NCBI GenBank assembly: GCA_958296105.1
Contig: OY282441.1
Coordinates: 2,984,773-3,048,772 of the forward strand
Origin: an uncultured Dehalococcoidia bacterium
GTDB taxonomy: Bacteria; Chloroflexota; Dehalococcoidia; Lucifugimonadales; UBA1123
Length of the DNA stretch: 64,000 nt
Direction of reading: 5' to 3'
The position numbers and the translations under genes are program-made. Below are positions 48,461 through 57,265 of the stretch, piece by piece. Each line of letters opens with the position of its first letter. The first letter of the stretch is position 1. The notes beneath the pieces were generated by a model. The model did not search any database. It had not been told where the DNA came from and saw only the letters and a list, made by a program, of their open reading frames with translations.

Positions 48461-48535
48461 GCCCCCGTAGCTCAGTGGATAGAGCGCTGGCCTCCGGAGC
48501 CAGGCGCGTGGGTTCGAGTCCCGCCGGGGGTACCA
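48461..48535 (+). tRNA. tRNA-Arg (anticodon CCG), CCA encoded
   Basis: Cloverleaf by hand: acceptor GCCCCCG/CGGGGGT, D-arm GCTC-AGTGGATA-GAGC, anticodon arm CTGGC-CTCCGGA-GCCAG, T-arm GTGGG-TTCGAGT-CCCGC, then ACCA. Confidence 0.9.
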
Positions 48536-48537
48536 TA

Positions 48538-49410
48538 TCACTTCCACTGCTCTGGCGCATCGCGCAGACGCCCCAGCCCCAGACTCTCGCAGAGCTCGAT
48601 GTAACCCGCCCTCGGAACGCCCGTCCAGCGCAGATCCCCCAGCCCCTCGTCCAGCCGAACGTCCGTCCTCAGCGTCGCCAGCGTCTTGTAGAGCGCGGCT
48701 TCGCGCCTGTTGGCGGCAAGCGTCCGAGCGAGCGACGCCGCGCCTCGAACCTTGACCGTCCAATCCTCATGCGAGTCGGGTATCGCTTCGAGGCGGCGGT
48801 ACTCGGACAGCGCGGCGGCAGTCCCCTTCGCTCCCCACCCGCGCAGCCCCGGGATCCCGTCCGCAGAGTCTCCCACCAGCGCGAGGTAGTCGGGAATGGA
48901 CTCCGGCGGCACGCCGAACCGCTCCCGCGCCTCGCTCTCCCCGTAGGTGATGTCGCGCCGCCTGTCCCACACCACCACGCGCGAGCCTTCCACCAGATTC
49001 ATCAGATCCTTGTCCACCGAGCATACGATCACCCGCTCGATTGCCGGGTCGTCCTTCCACCTGTGTACTGCGGTGGCGATGGCGTCGTCCGCCTCGAACT
49101 CGACCATCGGCCAGACGACTATGCCCAGCGCCCTCACAGCCTCTTCCGCCAGCGTGAACTGCGCGTACAGCTCTTCCGCAACCCCCTCGCCCGTCTTGTA
49201 GCCCTCGAAGAGGTCGTTCCTGAACGACTCGACCACGTGGTCGAACGCGCAGGCGATGAAGTCCGGCCTCCGCTCCCTCAGCAGCCTAAGCAGCGACTGG
49301 AGCAGGCCCGCGACTGCGCCAACGGGCGCGCCGTCCGGAGCGGAGCGGCTGGGCGCACCGAAATGCGCGCGGAACAGCTCGTATGTGCCGTCTACGAGAT
49401 ACAGATTCAT
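48538..49410 (-). CDS. 5'-3' exonuclease (FEN/PolI N-terminal domain family)
   Basis: 290 aa. MNLYLVDGTYELFRAHF, VCSVDKDL, H3TH LVGDSADGIPG. The longer 595-aa ORF in the track reads through the next gene in a wrong frame. Confidence 0.85.
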   Translation of the reverse strand: MNLYLVDGTYELFRAHFGAPSRSAPDGAPVGAVAGLLQSLLRLLRERRPDFIACAFDHVVESFRNDLFEGYKTGEGVAEELYAQFTLAEEAVRALGIVVWPMVEFEADDAIATAVHRWKDDPAIERVIVCSVDKDLMNLVEGSRVVVWDRRRDITYGESEARERFGVPPESIPDYLALVGDSADGIPGLRGWGAKGTAAALSEYRRLEAIPDSHEDWTVKVRGAASLARTLAANRREAALYKTLATLRTDVRLDEGLGDLRWTGVPRAGYIELCESLGLGRLRDAPEQWK

Positions 49411-49415
49411 GGCGA

Positions 49416-50387
49416 TCAGAACCAGTTCGCCTTGTCGACCACATTCCGCAGATCCCTGCCCTCGCTGAAGCGAACGCAGTTGTCGATGAACAGCTCGGCG
49501 CGTCGGTCGTCCAGATACGGCCCCGCGCCCGCGCAGTGCGGCGTTATGATCACGTTGGGCATTCGCCACAGCGGATGATCGGACGGCAGAGGCTCCGTCT
49601 CGAACACGTCCAGCGCCGCGCCCCTCAGCGCCCCCTCTTCCAGCGCCCGCGCCAGATCGTCCAAGACGACCGTCGCGCCCCGACCGATGTTGATGAAGTG
49701 CGCGCTCGGCTTCATCAGACGGAACTTCTCGATGGTGAACAGCCGCTGCGTCTGCGGAGTCTCCGGGACGGTGACGATCACGAAATCGGCGCGCCCAAGC
49801 GCATCGTCCATGTCTTCGGGGCGCGCAAGCTCGGCAACGCCTTTGGGCGCAGATTCCACCCTCGGATCGACTCCGATGACAGTCATGCCGAACTCCGAGC
49901 ATAGCCGCGCCGTCTCCCCGCCGATGCCCCCGATCCCGACCACCGCCGCCGTGGAGTCCGGCAGATTCACTATCTCGTACCCCGGCCTCCACTCCGCCCT
50001 CGTCTGGCTGCGAACATAGGCGTGAATCCCTCTGGCGAAGGCTAGGACGTATGCCATGATGTGGTTGGAGATGTGATCGTTGTAGATGTCCCGCGTGTTG
50101 GTCACCACAACGTCGCTGCCGATCAGGTCCGGGTGGTAGTAGCCCGCCGCTGGCCCTGCCTGCGGACAGGCGATCCAGCGAAGATTGCCCCTGCGCTCGA
50201 ACACTTCCGGAACGATGTCGCCAAAGGCGGCGTCCGCCTCGCCGATCATCTCCATCGCCTCGCCCGCCGAGCGCGCCACGTTGACCCGTATGCCGGGAAC
50301 GGCATCCTCGAGACGGCGCGGCCACTCGTCCAAGTGGCTGCCCTCGGACTGTCTGCCCGTTCCCATGATCAGCAGGTTGAAGGTCAT
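49416..50387 (-). CDS. D-isomer-specific 2-hydroxyacid dehydrogenase family protein
   Basis: 323 aa. NAD-binding VGIGGIGGETARL, INIGRG, D..E...TPHCAG catalytic context. Confidence 0.85.
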   Translation of the reverse strand: MTFNLLIMGTGRQSEGSHLDEWPRRLEDAVPGIRVNVARSAGEAMEMIGEADAAFGDIVPEVFERRGNLRWIACPQAGPAAGYYHPDLIGSDVVVTNTRDIYNDHISNHIMAYVLAFARGIHAYVRSQTRAEWRPGYEIVNLPDSTAAVVGIGGIGGETARLCSEFGMTVIGVDPRVESAPKGVAELARPEDMDDALGRADFVIVTVPETPQTQRLFTIEKFRLMKPSAHFINIGRGATVVLDDLARALEEGALRGAALDVFETEPLPSDHPLWRMPNVIITPHCAGAGPYLDDRRAELFIDNCVRFSEGRDLRNVVDKANWF

Positions 50388-50452
50388 TCGCGTCTCCGTT
50401 CTGAGCGGTCGATGGTCGAGTGGTCGATGGTCTTATGGTTGGCGTCTGACGG

Positions 50453-51436
50453 TCAGCGCGTTCTCGGGTTGAGAACGTCGTTGAGCGCGTCCCCGAACAG
50501 ATTCCAGCACAGTACGAGCGTCCAGGATACGATGCCCGGGGTGAGCAGCATCCAGGGCACCTCGCGCAGCGCGCTCAGGCTTCCGGCTTCCAGCAGCATG
50601 GTTCCTAGGCTCGGCCTCGGCGGCTGTATGCCCAGCCCCAGCCAGCTGAGGATTATCTCCGCGCCCACCATCGAACCCATGCCCATGGATACGGCTACCA
50701 CAATGGGGCTTATGGCGTTGGGCAGCAGGTGGTTGAACAGGATGCGCGGCGCGCTCGCGCCTATGGCTTGCGCCGCGTCCACGTACTGAGTTCGCTTCAG
50801 GTACAGAACCTGCCCGCGCACCAGCCTGGCTATGCCGAACCAGCTGAACGCCAGCAGCGCGAACGATATGACCACGTAATCCGCCAGCCCCGATCCAATG
50901 ATTCCGTCGAGGAACGTTTGATCCTCCAGCGAGCGGATGAAGCTCTTGATGCGAGGGCCGAGCGTGGCAGCCAGTATGATGATTAGCAGGATGTCCGGAA
51001 AGGCGGCGAACACCTCCCCAACGCGCATGATCAGCGCGTCTATCCACCTGCCGAAGTACCCAGACACCAGCCCCATAGTCACGCCGATCAGCAGCCCGCC
51101 CGTGGCCATGGCGACCACCGTTATTATGACCGTGTTCTGTATCCCCCACATGACGCGGGTGAGCAGGTCGCGCCCCTTGAGATCGGTTCCCGCCCAGTGA
51201 TCGACGCTCGGCGGCTTGCGGATGGCGGTGTAGTCCTGCGCGGTGTACTCGTATGGCGCGATGAACGGCGCAAGTATGCCCGCGCCGTACAGCCCGATCA
51301 GCAGGACCACGCTGAGCATGGCGAGCTTCTTGCGCACCAGACGCGACATAGCGCGCGCCAGATGCCCGCGCCCCCCTTGGTCGCTCCCCGCGTCCTCCAG
51401 CGCCGCGATTGCGGGTCTCGACCGCTCCATACTCAC
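50453..51436 (-). CDS. ABC transporter permease (peptide/nickel type, DppC/OppC-like)
   Basis: 327 aa, 6 TM. Binding-protein-dependent transport motif region (YVDAAQAIGASAPRILFNHLLPN). Confidence 0.85.
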   Translation of the reverse strand: MSMERSRPAIAALEDAGSDQGGRGHLARAMSRLVRKKLAMLSVVLLIGLYGAGILAPFIAPYEYTAQDYTAIRKPPSVDHWAGTDLKGRDLLTRVMWGIQNTVIITVVAMATGGLLIGVTMGLVSGYFGRWIDALIMRVGEVFAAFPDILLIIILAATLGPRIKSFIRSLEDQTFLDGIIGSGLADYVVISFALLAFSWFGIARLVRGQVLYLKRTQYVDAAQAIGASAPRILFNHLLPNAISPIVVAVSMGMGSMVGAEIILSWLGLGIQPPRPSLGTMLLEAGSLSALREVPWMLLTPGIVSWTLVLCWNLFGDALNDVLNPRTR

Positions 51437-52368
51437 TGGTACCTGATCCTAGGGTCCACCATCGAGTACGCTATGTCCGCCAGCAGGTTCGCCAAGACGA
51501 ACGCCGTAGCGCCTATCAGCGTTATCGCCATGATGATCGGATAATCTCGGTTGAAGATCGAGTCTATCGCCAGGCTGCCCATTCCGGGGATGCCTAGTAT
51601 CCGCTCCGCTATGAATCCCGTGCTGAGCATACCCGCCAGCGTGAATGAGAGAACCGTGATGATGGGTATGACGGCGTTCTTGAAGATGTGTCGATAGTCG
51701 ATCGCAAGAGCGGACAGCCCCTTCGCTTGAGCGGTGCGAATGAAGTCCTGCCCCATCACGTCCAGAGTGCTGGCGCGCATCAGCCTGACCAGCCCGGCAA
51801 CGCCCGGAATGCCCATGGTGACTGCCGGAGTGATGATCCGCACGTCCCAGAAGCCGCCCCAGCCCGAGCATGGCAGAAGGTCCGTCTTCAGACAGGTCAC
51901 CCACAGGAAGGCGGGGATGCTGACCATGATCGGGATGGACATGAGGATGAGCGCCGTCGCCACGACGCTGGGGTCTATCCAGCTGCCCTGCTTGTGGGCG
52001 ATGAAGAAGCCGAGCGGAAGCCCGATGACGAGGCTGACGACCAGCGCAGCCACGTTGACTTGGAACGACACCCATATCTTGGCAGTCAGGAGATCGGACA
52101 CCGGACGCCCCCGAAATCGGTAGCTCTCTCCGAAATCCCCTTTCAGCGCCCCCCACACGTAGCCCGCGTACTGGATTGCGAACGGCCTGTCCAGCCCGAG
52201 CTGCGAGCGAAGGTTCTTCGTCACCTCCGAGCTGGGATCGTAGCGATTGCCGAGCATCACCTGAACCGGGTCGCCCGGCCCGAAGCGCCCCAGCGTGAAG
52301 GTGACGAAAGACACCGCCAGCAGCAGCACCGGCAGCCAGAGCAGCCTGCGGGTTATGTACAGCCACAT
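51433..52368 (-). CDS. ABC transporter permease (DppB/OppB-like)
   Basis: 311 aa. MWLYITRRLLWLPVLLLAVSFVTF N-terminus, FIRTAQAKGLS EAA-type loop. 4-nt overlap with the downstream permease. Confidence 0.85.
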   Translation of the reverse strand: MWLYITRRLLWLPVLLLAVSFVTFTLGRFGPGDPVQVMLGNRYDPSSEVTKNLRSQLGLDRPFAIQYAGYVWGALKGDFGESYRFRGRPVSDLLTAKIWVSFQVNVAALVVSLVIGLPLGFFIAHKQGSWIDPSVVATALILMSIPIMVSIPAFLWVTCLKTDLLPCSGWGGFWDVRIITPAVTMGIPGVAGLVRLMRASTLDVMGQDFIRTAQAKGLSALAIDYRHIFKNAVIPIITVLSFTLAGMLSTGFIAERILGIPGMGSLAIDSIFNRDYPIIMAITLIGATAFVLANLLADIAYSMVDPRIRYQ

Positions 52369-52573
52369 GCCGAGAAGTCCCTTCTTCCCTCACGTCCTCT
52401 TACACCTTGCGCGCACATGATACACCCTTTCACCACTCGGCGGGGAGAGTATGAGAGAAGAAATCCCTTCTCCTTGGCGTGAGAAGTCCAGTCTATATAA
52501 ATCCCTTCCCCCTTGGCGTGAGAAGGCTAGGATGAGTGGGATTCCTTCGCATCCTAGCCCCACTTGGCGGGTA

Positions 52574-52606
52574 GAAAAAATCCCCTCTCCCGCAATGGGA
52601 GAGGGG
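52574..52606 (-). terminator. Intrinsic terminator/attenuator between the substrate-binding gene and the permease genes
   Basis: Minus strand reads CCCCUCUCCC-AUUGC-GGGAGAGGGG followed by AUUUUUUC, 20 nt after the binding-protein stop. Confidence 0.6.
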
Positions 52607-52626
52607 ATCGGGGATCGTCTTCTCGA

Positions 52627-54388
52627 TCACTCGTCGCTGAAGTGGACGTCCTTCAGCTTCGGCACGATCATCGGCGTCACGCGGTAGTCTTTCACGTGGT
52701 CTTTGATCAGCACGTAGCGCTCGCCGCTGTACCACAGCGGCAGCCATGCCGCGTCCTTCACGATCAGATCCTCCGCCTCTTGGTACAGCTCGACCCGTCT
52801 GTTGACGTCAGGCTCCACTCTTGCCCGTTCCAGTATCGCATCCGCATCGGGGTTGGAGTATAGGCCGTGGTTGAGCGAGCTTTCGGTGTGGAACAGGATG
52901 TCCAGAAAGTCCTGCGGATCCGGGTAGTCCGCCTGCCAGCCAAGCCCTGCGTATGCTTGGAACCTGTGCTGATCCAGGTCCTGAAGGTAGGTCGCCCATT
53001 CGACCTGCTGTATCTCCACCTCCACCCCCAAGACCTGCTTCCACATCTCGATCACCACTTCCAGGTCCAGCCCTATGGTGCCGCCCGTGCCGGGTACGGT
53101 CACGACGATCCTGGGCCGCGTGGCGGGGTCGGCGTATGCCGAATCCTCCAGCAGGCTCTTCGCCAGCTCCTCGTCGTAGCGCAGCCCGTCAAGCTCCGTG
53201 TTGAAGCCCGGGAAGCCCGGAGGCAGTATGCCGTATGCCGGCTCCACCAGATCCGAGAGGACTTCCGCCGAGATCAGCTCTTTGTCCACCGCGTGGTTGA
53301 GCGCCTTCCTGAAGTTCGCGTCGTCGAAGGGGGCCATGCTCGTGTTGAAGCCCACGTAGGATACGCTGAAGTCCGGCGGAGCCACCACCAGCTCCCTGTT
53401 GAGGTCTTCGGACGGGTCGAGAACACGGTCGAGGTCGAACAGACCCACTCCCGTAATGTCTATCTCGTCGTTCTCGTACATCGCCATCGACTGCCCGCCC
53501 GCGAGGTTCATGGCTATCGAATCGAGGTGCGGCGGCTCGCGGTAGAAGTTCTCGTTGCGCTCCAGGATGATGCGCTCGCCGATGCGGTACTCCTTCAGCT
53601 TGAACGGGCCGCTCCCGTTCGGATTGTCCGTCCACGTCCTGCCGCCGCTCTCGACGTTCTCGCGGTCGAGAACGTACGCAGTCGGGTAGGTCAGCTTGGC
53701 GAGGAAGTACGCCTTCGGCGCGTCTATCTCTATCTGCAAGGTCGATTCGTCTATCACCCTTATTCCGCTTATGTTCGTGGCGTCGCCTTCCAGCACCGCC
53801 TCCACTCCCACGATGTCCTTGAGGTAGGTATCGGCAACCGGAGAGGCGGTATCCGGGCTGGCGGCGCGCTCTATCGACCACTTGAAATCCGAGGCGGTTA
53901 TGCGCTTTCCATCGTGGAACTTGGCGTTCTCCCTCAGATAGAAGGTGTACACGGTGCCGTCGTCGCTCACGTCCCAGCGTTCGGCGATGTCCGGCGCCAG
54001 CTGCAAATCGCTGTCGAGCGCCACGAGTCCGCTGAACACCTCGACCACCACGCCCGAAGATGTCGTGTCCGAAGTGAGGTGCGGATCCAGGGTTGGGGGA
54101 TCGGCCCACAGCCGCCGGAATACGCCGCCCTCCTCGGTGTCCTCTGCGACTGCCGGCGCGGACTGCGCCTGAACAGGGGTCGGCGCCGTAGCGGGCGCAG
54201 TCCGTAGGCGCAGGCGCCATGGCGGGCGCGACGACAGGCGCGGGCGCCGCCGTGGCAGTCGCCGGAATCTCCGTGGCGACTGCCACGGCCTGCTCTGCCG
54301 GCTCCGGCTCCGGCTCGTCCGAGCCGCCGCACGCCAGCGCGCCAATCGCTGTTATCGAAAGTAGAAGGAAGATCGCCGCTCTAATCAT
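52627..54388 (-). CDS. ABC transporter substrate-binding protein (family 5, peptide/nickel type) with an apparent frameshift near 54.2 kb
   Basis: The mature body (from GGVFRRLWADPPTLDPHL...) is in the frame of ORF 52627..54345. The only signal peptide/lipobox (MIRAAIFLLLSITAIGALACGG, ATG 54388) is in another frame. The body frame is closed by TAA just upstream of 54345. Confidence 0.7.
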
Positions 54389-54413
54389 TTTTCACTCTCA
54401 CTGCCCTCACTTG

Positions 54414-55509
54414 CTATCCAACCGTTGTCTTCAGATACGATGTGATGAATCCGTCCAGATCGCCGTCCAGCACCGACTCTGCGCTCGATACGGAGTGATC
54501 GGTGCGGTGATCCTTGACCATCTGATACGGATGCAGCACGTAGCTTCTGATCTGATTGCCCCACTCCGGGGATATATGCTCGCCCTTGATTCGCGCCATC
54601 TCCTCAGCGCGCCGTTTCATCTCCAGCTCCGCCAGCCGCGCCATCAGAATTCTCATCGCTATCTCGCGGTTCTGGTGCTGGGAGCGCTCGTTCTGGCAGC
54701 TCACCCTCACCCCTGTGGGCAGGTGAATTATCCTGACCGCCGTCGAGTTCTTCTGAACACTCTGCCCGCCGTGTCCGCCCGCGCGGAAGGTGTCTATCCT
54801 GATGTCGTCCGCGCTCACGCTCACGTCCGTACCTTCTTCCACCTCCGGCATCACCTCCGCCAGCGCGAACGAGGTGTGGCGCGCGTGGTTGCCGTCGAAA
54901 GGCGATATCCTCACCAGCCGATGAACCCCCTTCTCCGCCTTCAGGTAGCCGTAGGCGTTCAGCCCGGACACCTGCACCACCACGCTCTTGATTCCCGCCT
55001 CCTCTCCCGGGGAGACGTCGAGAACTTCCGTGCCGAACCCCCTGCGCTCCGACCATCTGAGATACATTCTCATCAGCATCTGCACCCAGTCCTGAGAGTC
55101 CACCCCGCCCGCGCCCGCGTGGAGCGCGAGTATGGCGCTGCGCTCGTCGTACTCGCCGGACAGCATCAGCTCGAACTCCAGCCGCTCCAGAGTCGAAGCC
55201 AGCTCGGCAAGCTCCTCGCCCATGGACTCGGTCAGAGACTCGTCCCCCTCTTCCATCGCCATCTCCAGCAGCTCGCGCAGATCGCTGGCGCGGCTGTCCA
55301 GCCCTGTCCAGGATTCGATCTCCCCCTTGAGGTCGGACATGCGCCGCATCACGCTCCGCGCCCTGCGGTTGTCTTCCCATATCGAGGGGTCCGCCGCCTG
55401 CTTTTCCAGATCGGCTATCTCCCTTGCCTTGCCGTCTAGGTCAAAGACGCACCATGAGATCCGAGATTCTGGAGCGCACCCCGTTCAACTGTCCGCTTAT
55501 GTCCAGCAT
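54414..55509 (-). CDS. prfB: Peptide chain release factor 2 (programmed +1 frameshift)
   Basis: Frame 0 reads MLDISGQLNGVRSRISDLMVRL then CUU UGA C (55446-55440). The +1 frame continues DLDGKAREIADLEKQAADPSIWED..., with SPF and GGQ motifs. Confidence 0.9.
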
Positions 55510-55686
55510 CTGTTTCGACCTCACATTCTATAAACTGAAACGCCCTAGCTTGCGAAAGGTTATCTTCCCAGCGCCCCCGAATTATACCAAGCCCAAATTT
55601 GCGGTATCCAGAGCGCCGCCAGCCCCCAAATCGCGCCCCAACCGTGTACAATCGTCACGCGCGCACTTATGGCGAGGTGACTTTCA

Positions 55687-57252
55687 TTGCTCGACCTGCT
55701 GATCCAAAACGGCATGATCATAGACGGTACCGGCAACCCGGGCTACTACGGCTCCGTCGGCGTCGAGGGCGACAGGCTGACCGTCTTTCGCGGCTCGGTG
55801 GACGGCGTCGAGGCGGCGCGCGCGATCGACGCGCGGCGCATGGTCATCTGTCCCGGCTTCATAGACATGCACGCCCACTCCGGCCTGGTCCTGCTCTCCG
55901 AGCCTATGCACGAACCCAAAGTCAGGCAGGGCGTCACCACCGAGCTTATCGGAGTGGACGGCAACTCCTACGCGCCGTTCAGGTCTCAGCGAGACTTTCG
56001 CCTGTTCGTGGAGATGAACTCCGGGCTGGACGGCAGACCGCCGCTCCCGGGCTCGTGGTCCACCGTGGAGCAGTACCTAGACATGTTCGACCGCAGAGCG
56101 GCGGTCAACATCGCCTACATACTCGGAAACTCGCCCCTCAGAATAGACGCCATAGGCTGGGAATCCACACCCGCCACCGAGCGCGACCTAGCCAACATGA
56201 AGGCCATGATACGCGAGGCGATGCAGGAGGGCGCGCTCGGCATGTCCACCGGCTTGGACTATCCGCCCGGAGGGTACGCCAGCACGGACGAGCTGGTCGA
56301 GCTGTCCGCGCAGGTCGCCGAGCTTGGCGGCATCTACCATACCCACGTCAGATACAAGTCCGGAGACAGGTTCCTAGACCCGTTCAGAGAGGCGATAGAG
56401 ATAGGCGAGCGCAGCGGCGTTCCCGTCCACATCACCCACTTCTACCAGAAGTCGCCTGCGCCCGGCGGCGCGCCGCAGCTGCTCGCGCTGGTCGAAGACG
56501 CCGCCGAAGCCGGCCAGGACGTCACCTTCGACAGCTACCCATACAGCCTTGGCAGCACCCGAATCCTCATCGTGTTCCCAGACTGGATCCACGAGGGCGG
56601 CCCCGAGCGCCTCAAGCGCGCTCTGGCGGACGAGGACGCGCGCGAGAGGCTGAGAGACGAGGTCGAACCCAGAGCTCCCACGTGGCACGACATGTGGCTG
56701 ACGTACTTCCAGCGCCCCGAGAACCACGCCTACGAGGGCCGCTCCATCGCCGAGATTTCCGAGATGCGCCGACAGCACCCGGTGGATGCGCTGTGCGACC
56801 TCCTCATCGAGGAAGACCTTCAGACCTGCTACGTCGCCGAGGGGCTGAACCCCAAGACCCTGCCCGCGTTCGTCACACATCCCCTATCCATGGTGGGGAG
56901 CGACGCCGTTCTTCTCGGAGACTTCCCAAGCCCGCGCACCTATGGCTGCTTCCCCGTGATTCTGGCGGAGTACGCCCGAGACGAGCGCCAGATGTCCCTG
57001 CCCAACGCCATCAGGAAGATGACCTCGTTCCCCGCTCAGCGGCTCGGCATACAGGATAGGGGAGTATTGCGAGACGGCATGAAGGCAGACATCACCGTGT
57101 TCGACCCCCGTTCCGTGCGCGCCCCCGCCACTCGCGCCCAGCCCAAGCAGTTCCCCATCGGCATAGAGTACGTGATCGTCAACGGCGTCATCGTCATAGA
57201 CGGCGGCGACCACACCGGCGCGCTCCCCGGACGCGCGATACGGCGAGCGTGA
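55687..57252 (+). CDS. N-acyl-D-amino-acid deacylase (D-aminoacylase) family amidohydrolase
   Basis: 521 aa. LLIQNGMIIDGTG...PGFIDMHAHS metal-binding HxH and family-typical length. TTG start. Confidence 0.85.
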   Translation: MLDLLIQNGMIIDGTGNPGYYGSVGVEGDRLTVFRGSVDGVEAARAIDARRMVICPGFIDMHAHSGLVLLSEPMHEPKVRQGVTTELIGVDGNSYAPFRSQRDFRLFVEMNSGLDGRPPLPGSWSTVEQYLDMFDRRAAVNIAYILGNSPLRIDAIGWESTPATERDLANMKAMIREAMQEGALGMSTGLDYPPGGYASTDELVELSAQVAELGGIYHTHVRYKSGDRFLDPFREAIEIGERSGVPVHITHFYQKSPAPGGAPQLLALVEDAAEAGQDVTFDSYPYSLGSTRILIVFPDWIHEGGPERLKRALADEDARERLRDEVEPRAPTWHDMWLTYFQRPENHAYEGRSIAEISEMRRQHPVDALCDLLIEEDLQTCYVAEGLNPKTLPAFVTHPLSMVGSDAVLLGDFPSPRTYGCFPVILAEYARDERQMSLPNAIRKMTSFPAQRLGIQDRGVLRDGMKADITVFDPRSVRAPATRAQPKQFPIGIEYVIVNGVIVIDGGDHTGALPGRAIRRA

Positions 57253-57265
57253 GGCGAGCCGCCCC

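Noticed and set aside
46645-48535. Integrated mobile element at tRNA-Arg(CCG).
   Set aside because: No integrase, transposase or phage genes are present, and I could not find a direct repeat of the tRNA 3' end nearby. Only repeats and a collagen-like gene are there, so the evidence is insufficient.
49411-50325. Upstream 305 codons of ORF 48538..50325.
   Set aside because: It reads through the 2-hydroxyacid dehydrogenase gene in a wrong frame. The real 5'-3' exonuclease starts at MNLYLVDG (ATG 49410).
53189-54194. Most of ORF 53189..54388 treated as an independent 399-aa gene.
   Set aside because: Only its first ~60 codons (signal peptide and linker) look genuine. The rest is an Arg/Gly-rich shadow of the substrate-binding-protein frame.
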